Shown here: piece after piece, positions 42,132 through 51,438 of the stretch
Numbering within the stretch: position 1 is the first letter of the stretch
Layout: every line of letters begins with the position of its first letter
NCBI GenBank assembly: GCA_902787755.1
Contig: CADAHL010000005.1
Location: 19,524 to 83,523 of the forward strand
Reading direction: 5' to 3'
DNA: 64,000 bases
Origin: Oscillospiraceae bacterium
GTDB taxonomy: Bacteria > Bacillota > Clostridia > Oscillospirales > Oscillospiraceae
Program-made: the position numbers and the translations under genes
The notes under the pieces: generated by a model
Told to the model about the DNA's origin: nothing
The model's database searches: none
What the model saw: the letters and a program-made list of their open reading frames with translations, nothing else

Positions 42132-43150
42132 AGCGGCGCTTCGTCGGGCGCTCCGACGCCATGACCCGCAGCCAGGAGGGGGAGCAGGGCTTCTGGCCCA
42201 GCTACGCGGACATGATGTCCGCCGTGGCTCTGATCCTGTTCTTCCTGATGCTGCTCAGCTACATTCAGAACCTGATCACCGGCAACAATCTCCAGAGCAC
42301 CCGGGAGCTGCTGGAGGATACCCGGGTGCAGCTCAGCGATACCCAGACCGAACTGGACGACACCCAGGCGGTCCTGTCCCTGACCCTGCAGCAGGCCCGG
42401 GAGGCCCAGGCGGATCTGGATAAGATCACCATCGATCTGGACCAGGCCCGGCTCACCCTGACCCAGCAGCAGCAGGAGCTGTCGGAGACGAAGAAGGATC
42501 TGGCTGCCCAGAACCGGCTGCTGGCGGATCAGAAGGCCCTGATCGGCAAGCAGGAGGAGTACATGAAGGCCGCCAGTCAGGAGCTGCTGGCCATGCGCAG
42601 CCAGATGCAGACCATCGCCGTGCTGCGGCTTTCGATCCTGGAACAGATCCGGGACAGCATGGCCCGGGTGATGGGGGACGCATCCAAGGTCTCCATCGGC
42701 CCCAACGGCAACATTATCCTCAGCGAGGGCGTGCTGTTCGACGTGGGTTCCTCGGATATCAAGCCCGAGGCCGCCCCGGCTCTGAATCAGCTGATCCAGG
42801 TCTTCTCCGCCTTCCTGGCCGACGAGGAAAATTCCAAATACGTGGACAGCATCGTCATCTCCGGCCACACCGATTCCACCGGCACCAACGAGGAGAACCA
42901 GGTGCTGTCCACCGACCGGGCCAACGCGGTCCTGGGCTATCTGATGGCCAACGACGGCGGGCGTCTGGACGCTTATGCCAACTATTTCTGCGCCGCCGGC
43001 TATGGCGAGACCCGCCCCGTGGCGGACAACGGCACCACCCAGGGCCGGGCGGCCAACCGGCGCATCGAGATCTCCATCATCCTCCGGGACGATACGGTCA
43101 TGGAGATCGTGGAGAGCTATCTGGATCTGGAGCTGCCCGAGGAGCCCTGA
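42128..43150 (+). CDS. MotB-like / OmpA-family peptidoglycan-anchoring protein with a coiled coil of roughly 140 aa
   Basis: ATGA overlap with the upstream gene. The MotB-type plug/TM with conserved Asp is FWPSYADMMSAVALILFF. A Q/L/D-rich coiled coil follows. The OmpA-like C-terminus is ISGHTDSTGTNEENQVLSTDRANAV..GYGETRPVADNGTTQGRAANRRIEI. Confidence 0.85.
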   Translation: MKRRFVGRSDAMTRSQEGEQGFWPSYADMMSAVALILFFLMLLSYIQNLITGNNLQSTRELLEDTRVQLSDTQTELDDTQAVLSLTLQQAREAQADLDKITIDLDQARLTLTQQQQELSETKKDLAAQNRLLADQKALIGKQEEYMKAASQELLAMRSQMQTIAVLRLSILEQIRDSMARVMGDASKVSIGPNGNIILSEGVLFDVGSSDIKPEAAPALNQLIQVFSAFLADEENSKYVDSIVISGHTDSTGTNEENQVLSTDRANAVLGYLMANDGGRLDAYANYFCAAGYGETRPVADNGTTQGRAANRRIEISIILRDDTVMEIVESYLDLELPEEP

Positions 43151-43257
43151 ACGGGGCGTGTCCATGTGTGACGGACACCTGTTCGCAAAATCGCGCGTTT
43201 TGTGAGGGACAACGGCACTTTCCAAAGGCTTTGCGTGTATTTTGTATAAATTTATCC

Positions 43258-43287
43258 TTGATTTGCCCCTGGTGCTCATGATATAAT
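43258..43287 (+). promoter_or_regulatory. Promoter of the BMP/ABC nucleoside-type transporter operon
   Basis: TTGATT, an 18 nt spacer, then TGATATAAT (extended -10). Confidence 0.55.
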
Positions 43288-43350
43288 CCAAGCAGTATGT
43301 GATGAAACGCATACAGAAAACTGTCCAAAAATTTTTATGGAGGAAAAAAC

Positions 43351-44544
43351 ATGAAAAAGATTCTTGCGCTTGTTCTGGCTCTGTGCATGGTCTTTGCTCT
43401 GGCCGCCTGCGGTCAGCAGGCCGCTCCTGCTGAGGCTCCCGCTGAGCAGCCCGCCGAGGCTCCTGCCGAGCAGCCCGCCGAGGCTCCTGCCGAGGCTCCC
43501 GCTGAGGCCCCTGCCGAGGCCGCTGGTGAGTACAAGGTCGCCATGATCACCGACTACGGCGATATCACCGACCAGTCCTTCAACCAGACCACCTACGAAG
43601 CCTGCAAGGCCTTCTGCGAAGCCAACGCTGTGGACTTCACCTACTTCAAGCCCGGTTCTGACTCCGATGAGGATCGTATCTCCATGATCGAGGCCGCCAT
43701 CGACCAGGGCTACAACGTCATCGTGATGCCCGGCTACGCCTTCGGCGCCGCCATCGCTGCCACCGCTCCCGAGTACCCCGACGTGACCTTCATCGCTCTG
43801 GACGTGTCCGAGTTCGACATTGGCCTGGACGAGATCCCCGCCAACCTGTTCTCCGCTGTTTACCAGGAAGAGCTCTGCGGCTTCATGGCCGGCTACGCCG
43901 CCGTTAAGCTGGGCTACACCAAGCTGGGCTTCCTGGGCGGCATGGCTGTTCCCGCTGTTGTCCGCTACGGCTACGGCTTCGTGCAGGGTGCTGACAAGGC
44001 TGCCGCTGAGATCGGCGCCGACGTCACCCTGAACTACGTGTACGGCAACCAGTTCTACGGCGACGCGGACATCACCGCCGCTATGGACACCTGGTACGGC
44101 GCCGGCACTGAGATCGTCTTCGCCTGCGGCGGCGGCATCTTCACCTCCGCTGCTGAGGCTGCTGCCAAGGTCGGCGGCAAGGTCATCGGCGTGGACGTCG
44201 ATCAGGCTGCCACCATCGACGCCGGCTACGGCGAGGGCATGACTGTTACCTCCGCTATGAAGGGCCTGGCTGCCACCGTCAACACCGAGCTGGCTGCCGT
44301 TCTGGCCGGTCAGTTCCAGGGCGGTCAGATCGCCAACCTGGGCCTGGTCTCCGAGGTCCCCGAAGAGAACTACGTCCAGCTGGCCGGCTCCACCCAGTTC
44401 GGTGAGGGCTTCACCGTTGAGGACTACAACGCTCTGGTCGCCGCCATGTTCAAGGGTGAGATCACCGTGAACAACGACATCTCCATCAGCGCTGCCGACA
44501 ACGCCACCACCATCACTGTTGTGGATCAGGGCACTGTCAAGTAA
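43351..44544 (+). CDS. BMP-family (PnrA/Med-like) ABC transporter substrate-binding lipoprotein, probably for nucleosides
   Basis: The lipobox is LAAC. An AEAP/AEQP repeat linker follows. Then KVAMITDYGDITDQSFNQ. Confidence 0.93.
   Translation: MKKILALVLALCMVFALAACGQQAAPAEAPAEQPAEAPAEQPAEAPAEAPAEAPAEAAGEYKVAMITDYGDITDQSFNQTTYEACKAFCEANAVDFTYFKPGSDSDEDRISMIEAAIDQGYNVIVMPGYAFGAAIAATAPEYPDVTFIALDVSEFDIGLDEIPANLFSAVYQEELCGFMAGYAAVKLGYTKLGFLGGMAVPAVVRYGYGFVQGADKAAAEIGADVTLNYVYGNQFYGDADITAAMDTWYGAGTEIVFACGGGIFTSAAEAAAKVGGKVIGVDVDQAATIDAGYGEGMTVTSAMKGLAATVNTELAAVLAGQFQGGQIANLGLVSEVPEENYVQLAGSTQFGEGFTVEDYNALVAAMFKGEITVNNDISISAADNATTITVVDQGTVK
43429..43524 (+). repeat. In-frame 12/24-nt tandem repeat encoding the (AEAP/AEQP)n linker of the BMP lipoprotein
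   Basis: The units gctgaggctccc and gctgagcagccc/gccgaggctcct are iterated. They translate to AEAPAEQPAEAPAEQPAEAPAEAPAEAPAEAA. Confidence 0.85.
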
Positions 44545-44560
44545 TTAAACCTAAAAACGC

Positions 44561-44592
44561 AAAAAGAGCAGGCCATCGGGCCTGCTCTTTTT
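44561..44592 (+). terminator. Terminator/attenuator after the substrate-binding protein gene
   Basis: AGAGCAGGCC-ATCG-GGCCTGCTCT followed by TTTTGC. The ABC ATPase gene follows 128 nt later. Confidence 0.75.
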
Positions 44593-44719
44593 GCATGCTC
44601 CCGGGGCGATCGGAAGGCCGCTCCCAAGTTCTGACTTTTTCTTCTTTTTTTGTTTACAAAAAGGTCATAGATAGTGTAGAATAAAAAAGTAAACGCAAGC
44701 GAAAGGGAGGTCGATACGC

Positions 44720-46258
44720 TTGGAGAGTCCATACGCAATCGAGATGCTTCACATCACGAAACGATTCCCCGGCATCATTGCCAACGACGATATCACCCTG
44801 CAGCTGAAAAGGGGCGAGATCCACGCTCTTCTGGGTGAGAACGGCGCTGGTAAATCCACGCTGATGAGCGTTCTGTTCGGTCTGTATCAGGCGGAAGAGG
44901 GCGTCATCAAGAAAGACGGCAAGGAAGTTCAGATCAAGGATCCCAACGACGCCAACGACCTTGGCATCGGCATGGTGCACCAGCACTTCAAGCTGGTGGA
45001 ATGCTTCACGGTCCTGGACAACATCATTCTGGGCGTGGAGCCCAGCAAGCACGGCTTCCTGCAGAAAAAGGAGGCCCGGGAAAAGGTCCTGGCTCTGTCG
45101 GAAAAGTATGGCCTGCAGGTCGACCCTGACGCGCTGATCGAGGATATCACCGTGGGTATGCAGCAGCGTACCGAGATCCTGAAGATGCTCTATCGGGACA
45201 ACGAGATCCTGATCTTTGACGAACCCACCGCGGTTCTCACGCCCCAGGAGATCGAGGAACTGATGCAGATCATGAAGAATCTGGCGGCCGAGGGCAAGAG
45301 CATCCTGTTCATTTCCCATAAGCTGGCCGAGATCATGGCCGTGGCCGACCGCTGCACCGTTCTGCGCAAGGGCAAGTACATCGGTACGGTGGAGACCAAG
45401 AACACCACCATGGAGCAGCTTTCCGCCATGATGGTGGGCCGCAACGTCAACTTCCACGTGGAGAAAAAGCCCGCTCACCCCGGCGAGGTGATCCTGGACG
45501 TGGAGGGCATGACCGTGGCCTCCAAGGTCCATAAGAACGACGCGGTGAAGAACGTCAGCTTCAAGGTGCGCGCCGGCGAGATCGTCTGCATCGCCGGTAT
45601 CGACGGCAACGGCCAGACCGAGCTGGTCTACGGCCTGTCCGGCCTGGAGCCGCTGAAATCCGGCACCATCACCCTGATGGGCAAGGACATCACCAACGCC
45701 TCCATCCGCAAGCGCTCCACCTCCGGCATGAGCCATATTCCCGAGGACAGGCACAAGCACGGCCTGGTCCTGGACTACCCGCTGGAGTACAACCTGATCC
45801 TCCAACGCTATTTCGAGCCGCAGTTCACTTCGAAGGCCGGCTTCCTGAAGCGGCCCCCCATCCGGGAGTATGCCAACCGGCTGATCGAGGAGTACGACGT
45901 GCGCTCCGGCCAGGGCGCCGTCACCCCCGCCCGGGCCATGTCCGGCGGCAACCAGCAGAAGGCCATCATCGCCCGTGAGATCGACAAGGATCCCGAGCTG
46001 CTCATCGCCGTTCAGCCCACCCGCGGCCTGGACGTGGGCGCCATCGAGTTTGTCCATAAGCAGCTGGTGGCCCAGCGCGACGCCGGCAAGGCGGTGCTGC
46101 TGGTGTCCCTGGAGTTGGACGAGGTCATGGACGTGCCCGATCGGATCCTGGTGATGTACGAGGGCGAGATCGTGGGCGAGCTGGATCCCAAGACCACCAC
46201 CCAGGAGGAGCTGGGCCTGTACATGGCCGGCGCCAAGAGAGATGAGGTGAAGGCATGA
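44720..46258 (+). CDS. ABC transporter ATP-binding protein (duplicated ATPase, sugar/nucleoside type)
   Basis: TTG start with GAAAGGGAGG 9 nt upstream. Walker A GENGAGKST. LSGGQQ-like signatures VGMQQRTEI and MSGGNQQK. Confidence 0.95.
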   Translation: MESPYAIEMLHITKRFPGIIANDDITLQLKRGEIHALLGENGAGKSTLMSVLFGLYQAEEGVIKKDGKEVQIKDPNDANDLGIGMVHQHFKLVECFTVLDNIILGVEPSKHGFLQKKEAREKVLALSEKYGLQVDPDALIEDITVGMQQRTEILKMLYRDNEILIFDEPTAVLTPQEIEELMQIMKNLAAEGKSILFISHKLAEIMAVADRCTVLRKGKYIGTVETKNTTMEQLSAMMVGRNVNFHVEKKPAHPGEVILDVEGMTVASKVHKNDAVKNVSFKVRAGEIVCIAGIDGNGQTELVYGLSGLEPLKSGTITLMGKDITNASIRKRSTSGMSHIPEDRHKHGLVLDYPLEYNLILQRYFEPQFTSKAGFLKRPPIREYANRLIEEYDVRSGQGAVTPARAMSGGNQQKAIIAREIDKDPELLIAVQPTRGLDVGAIEFVHKQLVAQRDAGKAVLLVSLELDEVMDVPDRILVMYEGEIVGELDPKTTTQEELGLYMAGAKRDEVKA

Positions 46259-47394
46259 AGAAAAATTTGCTCAAGAGCGACGCCGTGCAGTCCCTGATCG
46301 CCTCCTTCCTCTGCATCATCCTGGGCCTGCTCATCGGCTTTATCGTTCTGCTGTTTATTAACCCCACCGGCGCCTGGGACGCCATCGTGGCGGTCATGAA
46401 GAACTTCCTGACCTATTCCCGGGCAAACCTGCAGATGAAGAACTTCGGCAACACCCTGGTCAAGACCGCGCCGCTGCTGATGTGCGCGCTGTCGGTGCTG
46501 TTCGCCTATAAGGTCGGCCTGTTCAACATCGGCGCCGCCGGCCAGTATGTGGCGGGCGTCTGCGCCAGCATCTACGCCGCGCTGGCCTGGGGCTGGGGCT
46601 GGTTCCCCTGCATGATCCTGGCCATCGTGTTCGGCGCCGCTCTGGGCGCCGTGGTGGGTCTGCTGAAGGCCTACTGCAACGTCAACGAGGTCATCTCCGG
46701 CATCATGCTCAACTGGATCGGCCTGTACCTGACCAATATGCTGCTGACAAAGGTCAAAGAGAGTACAAGCCCCTACACCCTGCACATCAAGTCCGCCGCG
46801 CCGCAGGCGCTGCTGCCCGGCCTGGGCCTGGGCGCCCTCTTCAACAACAACCAGTACGTGACCATCGCCATCCCCCTGGCCATCATCGCGGCCATCGTGA
46901 TCCTGGTGGTGCTGGAAAAGACGAAGTTTGGCTACGAGCTGAAGGCCACCGGCAACAACAAGAACGCCGCCAAGTACGCCGGCATGGCGGAGAAGCGCAA
47001 CATCATCCTGACCCTGATCATCGCCGGCGCTCTGGCCGGGATCGGCGGGGCCCTGCTGTACCTGACCGACTACGAGCAGTGGCAGTGCACCCAGACCTCC
47101 GTGCCCGGCATGGGCTTCAACGGCATCGCCGCCACCTTCCTGGGCGGCCTGAACCCCATCGGCACCATCTTCGCCTCCTACTTCATCCAGCACATCACCT
47201 CCGGCGGCGCGTACGTGGATAAGACCATGTACTGCTCCCAGATCTCCGACCTGATCTCCTCCATCATCATCTACCTGTGCGGCTTCGTGCTGTTCATCAA
47301 GTACGCCATCAACCAGGGGATCGCCAAGAGCGAGGAGAAAAAGCTGCAGAAAGAAAAACTTGCCGCGGCTGAGGCGAAAGGAGGCGAGAAGTAA
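46255..47394 (+). CDS. ABC transporter permease (BMP/nucleoside system)
   Basis: Multi-TM profile. A 4-nt overlap joins it to the ATPase gene. Confidence 0.92.
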   Translation: MKKNLLKSDAVQSLIASFLCIILGLLIGFIVLLFINPTGAWDAIVAVMKNFLTYSRANLQMKNFGNTLVKTAPLLMCALSVLFAYKVGLFNIGAAGQYVAGVCASIYAALAWGWGWFPCMILAIVFGAALGAVVGLLKAYCNVNEVISGIMLNWIGLYLTNMLLTKVKESTSPYTLHIKSAAPQALLPGLGLGALFNNNQYVTIAIPLAIIAAIVILVVLEKTKFGYELKATGNNKNAAKYAGMAEKRNIILTLIIAGALAGIGGALLYLTDYEQWQCTQTSVPGMGFNGIAATFLGGLNPIGTIFASYFIQHITSGGAYVDKTMYCSQISDLISSIIIYLCGFVLFIKYAINQGIAKSEEKKLQKEKLAAAEAKGGEK

Positions 47395-48335
47395 TGCTGC
47401 TTCTGGTTCAATACACCCTGATCTTCGCGTCCGTGCTGCTTCTTGTGGCCCTGGGCGGCTGCTTCTCGGAGCATTCCGGCGTCATCAACCTGGGCCTTGA
47501 GGGCATCATGGTCATCGGCGCCCTGGGCGGCGCGCTGATGATGCGTTATCTGCCCGCGGGTACCAGCGGCTTTATGATCGTGATCCTGACCCTGCTGGCC
47601 GCCATCGTCTTCGGCGTGGCGTACTCCGCCCTTCTGGCCGTGGCCAGCATCAACTTCAAGGCCGACCAGACCATCGTCGGCACCGCCCTGAACATGCTGG
47701 GCACCGCCGGCGCCACCGTTCTGGTGAAGGCCATCAACACCGCCGCCAACCCCGACGACGTGTCCTCCACCATCCAGTACATCGAGCCCAAGAAGGCCTT
47801 CATCGTCAACATCGGCTCCTTTGAGTTCAACTGGTTCATGGTCGTGGCGGTCATTATGCTGATCTTCGCCTATGTGGTCCTCTACAAGACCAAGTTCGGC
47901 CTGCGTCTGATGGCCTGCGGCGAGCATCCCCAGGCGGCGGACTCCGTAGGCATCGACGTGCACAAGATGCGCTGGGCCGGCGTGCTGATTTCCGGCATGC
48001 TGGGCGGCCTGGGCGGCATCTGCTACATCCTGGCCGGCGTATCCGAATGGAAATTCGAAAACGGTGTGGCCGGCTTCGGCTTCCTGGCTCTGGCGGTCAT
48101 GATCTTCGGTCAGTGGAAGCCCACCCGCATCGCCCTGGCAGCGCTGCTCTTCGGCTTCTTCCGGGCCCTGTCGAACGTCTACTTCGGCTTCGATTGGCTG
48201 GTGAGCCTGAACATCCCCGGCTCCGTGTACAACATGATGCCCTATATCATCTCCCTGATCGTTCTGGCGCTGACCTCTCAGCACTCCAGAGCCCCCAAGG
48301 CGGAGGGTATCCCCTACGACAAGGGCATGAGGTAG
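47394..48335 (+). CDS. ABC transporter permease (BMP/nucleoside system)
   Basis: Multi-TM profile. A 1-nt overlap joins it to the previous permease gene. Confidence 0.92.
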   Translation: MLLLVQYTLIFASVLLLVALGGCFSEHSGVINLGLEGIMVIGALGGALMMRYLPAGTSGFMIVILTLLAAIVFGVAYSALLAVASINFKADQTIVGTALNMLGTAGATVLVKAINTAANPDDVSSTIQYIEPKKAFIVNIGSFEFNWFMVVAVIMLIFAYVVLYKTKFGLRLMACGEHPQAADSVGIDVHKMRWAGVLISGMLGGLGGICYILAGVSEWKFENGVAGFGFLALAVMIFGQWKPTRIALAALLFGFFRALSNVYFGFDWLVSLNIPGSVYNMMPYIISLIVLALTSQHSRAPKAEGIPYDKGMR

Positions 48336-48358
48336 CCTTTTCCCCACACGTAAACGAT

Positions 48359-48389
48359 CCCCCGGCGGAATATCCGCCGGGGGATTTTT
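48359..48389 (+). terminator. Rho-independent terminator of the ABC transporter operon
   Basis: CCCCCGGCGG-AATAT-CCGCCGGGGG followed by ATTTTT. Confidence 0.82.
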
Positions 48390-48463
48390 CCGTCCGCCCG
48401 GCTTGTTTTCCTCAGGCGGGCATGGTAAAATAACAGAACTGAAACTGCGCAGGGGGTGATTCC

Positions 48464-49873
48464 GTGGAAGAGAAAGACGAGCGGGAAGCATTGGACTATG
48501 ATACCCTGCAGGAACGGCAGGATGACGAGCTGACGGCGCTGCTGGATGCCAGAGACGCCAAGGGCCTGAAGGCCCGGCTCCTGGAGATGAACGAGTTCGA
48601 CGTGGCGGAATTTCTCTCCGAGCTGGACGCCGGGCGGATGCTTCGGGTGTTCCGGCTGCTGCCCAAAGAGACGGCGGCGGAGGTCTTCGCCAATCTGGAG
48701 CCGCCGGAGCAGAAGCGGATCATTGAATCCATTTCCGACGCCGAGCTGGGCGGGATCGTGGAAGAGCTGTACGTGGACGACGCGGTGGACATGATGGAGG
48801 AGCTGCCCGCCAACGTGGTCAAGCGTGTGATGCGCACCGCCACCCCCCAGACCCGGGCCCTGATCAACCAGTTTCTGAATTATCCGGAGAACTCCGCCGG
48901 CAGTATTATGACGGCCGAGTTCGTGGATCTGAAAAAATACATGAGCGTGAAGGAGTCCATCGCCCGGATCCGGCGGATCGGTGAGGACAAGGAGACCATC
49001 TACGTCTGCTTCGTCATCTCCGCGGATCGGAAGCTGGAGGGCATCGTCACGGTCAAGGATCTGCTGCTGCACAATGACGACACGGTCATCGAAGAACTGA
49101 TGGACCGGAACGTGGTCTTTGCCACCACCACCGAGGACCAGGAGAGCGTGTCCGAGAAGTTCTCCGACTACGACCTGATGGCCATGCCGGTGGTGGACAC
49201 CGAGGGCCGGCTGGTGGGCATCGTCACCGTCGACGACGTTATCGACGTTATGGAGCAGGAGGCCACCGAGGATATCCAGCTGATGGCCGGTATCAATCCT
49301 TCGGACACCCCCTATTCCCGGTCCCAGCCCCTGGAGATCTGGAAGAGCCGGATCCCCTGGCTCATGTTCCTGATGCTCTCGGCTACCTTTACCAGTATGA
49401 TCCTGACCCGCTTCGAGGAGCGGCTGGCCGCCGTGGCCGGTCTGGTTCCCTTCATCCCCATGCTCATGGGAACCGGCGGCAACTCCGGAGCCCAGTCGGC
49501 CACCGCGGTGATCCGCAGCCTGTCCCTGGGGGATATCGAGCCCCGGGACGCCCTGCGGGTGATCTGGAAGGAGTGGCGGGTGGCCCTGCTGTGCGGCCTG
49601 AGCCTAGCGGCGGTGAATTTCGTCAAAATGCTGCTGCTGGACGGCCTGATCCTGGGCAATTCCCATGTGACGGTGGCCGTGGCGGCTACGGTGAGCCTGT
49701 CTATCGTGTTCATTGTCATGTTTGCCAAGCTGGTGGGAAGCCTGCTGCCCATTGGAGCGGAGAAGGTGGGCCTGGACCCGGCGGTGATGGCCAATCCCCT
49801 GATCTCTACCCTGACCGACGCGGTATCCCTGCTCATCTACATCGGCATCGCCACCCTGATCCTGCACATCTGA
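48464..49873 (+). CDS. mgtE: Magnesium transporter MgtE
   Basis: GTG start with AGGGGGTGA upstream. It has an MgtE N-domain, two CBS domains and a TM domain with MGTGGNSGAQS. Confidence 0.93.
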   Translation: MEEKDEREALDYDTLQERQDDELTALLDARDAKGLKARLLEMNEFDVAEFLSELDAGRMLRVFRLLPKETAAEVFANLEPPEQKRIIESISDAELGGIVEELYVDDAVDMMEELPANVVKRVMRTATPQTRALINQFLNYPENSAGSIMTAEFVDLKKYMSVKESIARIRRIGEDKETIYVCFVISADRKLEGIVTVKDLLLHNDDTVIEELMDRNVVFATTTEDQESVSEKFSDYDLMAMPVVDTEGRLVGIVTVDDVIDVMEQEATEDIQLMAGINPSDTPYSRSQPLEIWKSRIPWLMFLMLSATFTSMILTRFEERLAAVAGLVPFIPMLMGTGGNSGAQSATAVIRSLSLGDIEPRDALRVIWKEWRVALLCGLSLAAVNFVKMLLLDGLILGNSHVTVAVAATVSLSIVFIVMFAKLVGSLLPIGAEKVGLDPAVMANPLISTLTDAVSLLIYIGIATLILHI

Positions 49874-49884
49874 GGTAATGTCCC

Positions 49885-50805
49885 GTGGAACTGTCTGTAC
49901 TTCTCAATAAAATGTTCGTGTTCGTGGTCCTGATGGTCATCGGCTACGTGCTGGCCCGTCGGGGCGTGCTGGACAGGAGCTTTACCAAGGCTGCCAGCAA
50001 CCTGACCCTGAACGTATTCATGGCCGCGACCATCGTCAATTCCGTCCTGAATGTGGATGCCAGCCTGAGCTGGGCGGAGCTGGGAAAGATCCAGCTGGTG
50101 GTCTGGGTCATGCAGCTGACAGGCTATGTCCTGGCCTGGCTGGTGGCCAGGGTGGTGCCCTGCGAAGAGGAGCACAGGCCCGGCTTCGAGCTGCTGATGT
50201 CGATGGGCAACAGCATGTTCATCGCCCTGCCGCTGGTGGACGCGCTCTACGGACCGGTGGCCGTGTTCTATATGTCCATGACCTGCATCCCCTTCAATAT
50301 CCTGCTGTACAGCTACGGCGTCTGGCGGCTGAACAGCGGCCGGAGCCGGAAGGGCTTCCGGTTCCGGGACATCCTGTCCGTGCCCCTGATCGCCGCGCTC
50401 ATCGCCCTGGCCATCTTCCTGCTCAAGCCCCCGGTGCCGACGGCGCTGAAGGGCCTGATCGGCGCCATGTCCGGGGCTACCATGCCCCTGTCCATGATCG
50501 TCATCGGCTCCTCTCTGGGCTCGGTGAGCCTGTTTGACGCCTTTAAACACGGCCGGCTGTACCTGGCCAGCTTCGTGCGCCTGATCCTGATCCCGCTGCT
50601 GACCTGGTTTCTCTGCCGGCTGCTGACCCAGGATCCGGTGCTGCTGATGACCATGCTCATCACCGCCGGCTGCCCCAGCGCCGTGGTGGTCACGGTGCTG
50701 TCCATCCAATACGGCCGGGACGGGGTCTTTACCGCCGAGGGCACCCTGCAGAGTACGGTCCTGTCCATGATCACCCTGCCCCTGTGGGTGATGATCCTGG
50801 GCTAA
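49885..50805 (+). CDS. AEC (auxin efflux carrier) family transporter
   Basis: 10-TM-like profile with a family-typical N-terminus. GTG start; ATG 49912 is an alternative. Confidence 0.82.
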   Translation: MELSVLLNKMFVFVVLMVIGYVLARRGVLDRSFTKAASNLTLNVFMAATIVNSVLNVDASLSWAELGKIQLVVWVMQLTGYVLAWLVARVVPCEEEHRPGFELLMSMGNSMFIALPLVDALYGPVAVFYMSMTCIPFNILLYSYGVWRLNSGRSRKGFRFRDILSVPLIAALIALAIFLLKPPVPTALKGLIGAMSGATMPLSMIVIGSSLGSVSLFDAFKHGRLYLASFVRLILIPLLTWFLCRLLTQDPVLLMTMLITAGCPSAVVVTVLSIQYGRDGVFTAEGTLQSTVLSMITLPLWVMILG

Positions 50806-50817
50806 GGAGGCGAGCGG

Positions 50818-51438
50818 ATGCATATTCCAAGCGGGGCCAGCCAGACCGTTGAGCTGCTGCCCTTTGAGGAGGCCCTGGCGCTCTCGGGTAAAAACGGCGG
50901 CTACGATCCGGAGAAGTGGCTCTACGTGCCGGATTTCTACACCGAATACCGATACATATTGGGCACCCGGGGGAGGAATCCCCTGATCTGCCTGGGGGTG
51001 AATCCCTCCACCGCCGCGCCGGACGATCTGGACAACACGCTGAAATCCGTCTCCCGCATCGCCGCGGGGAACGGCTACGACTCCTGGATCATGTTCAACG
51101 TCTACGCCCAGCGGGCCACGCGGCCGGAGGACATGGACCGGGAGTGCAACCAGCGGCTGCACCGGGAGAATCTCCGGGCCTTCGAATACATCCTGTCCCG
51201 CATCGCCGGCGACGGCGTTCAGCCCTCTGTCTGGGCGGCCTGGGGCGCGGTGATCGAAAAGCGGCCCTACCTGCCGGACTGCGTCCGGGATATGGTAGCC
51301 CTGGGCAAACGCTACGAAGCCCGCTGGCTCCGGGCGGGGAAGTGCTCGGTGAAGGGGCATCCCCATCACCCGCTGTATCTGCGCAAGGATGAAAAAACCG
51401 TGGATTTTGACATCGAGGGGTATCTGGACAGCCTATGA
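50818..51438 (+). CDS. DUF1643 domain protein
   Basis: LICLGVNPSTA...DNT, WIMFNVYAQRAT and KGHPHHPLY are the pattern I associate with DUF1643. Confidence 0.78.
   Translation: MHIPSGASQTVELLPFEEALALSGKNGGYDPEKWLYVPDFYTEYRYILGTRGRNPLICLGVNPSTAAPDDLDNTLKSVSRIAAGNGYDSWIMFNVYAQRATRPEDMDRECNQRLHRENLRAFEYILSRIAGDGVQPSVWAAWGAVIEKRPYLPDCVRDMVALGKRYEARWLRAGKCSVKGHPHHPLYLRKDEKTVDFDIEGYLDSL

Noticed and set aside
41220-43150. Zorya anti-phage system (ZorA/ZorB)
   Set aside because: The A subunit is much shorter than ZorA. No ZorC, ZorD or ZorE-like genes (nuclease or helicase) are adjacent. No other defence genes occur in the window. The pair is reported instead as an unclassified MotAB-like pair.
48336-48463. 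M-box (Mg2+) riboswitch upstream of mgtE
   Set aside because: The 128 nt gap is largely taken up by the ABC-operon terminator. No M-box-sized structured leader fits.
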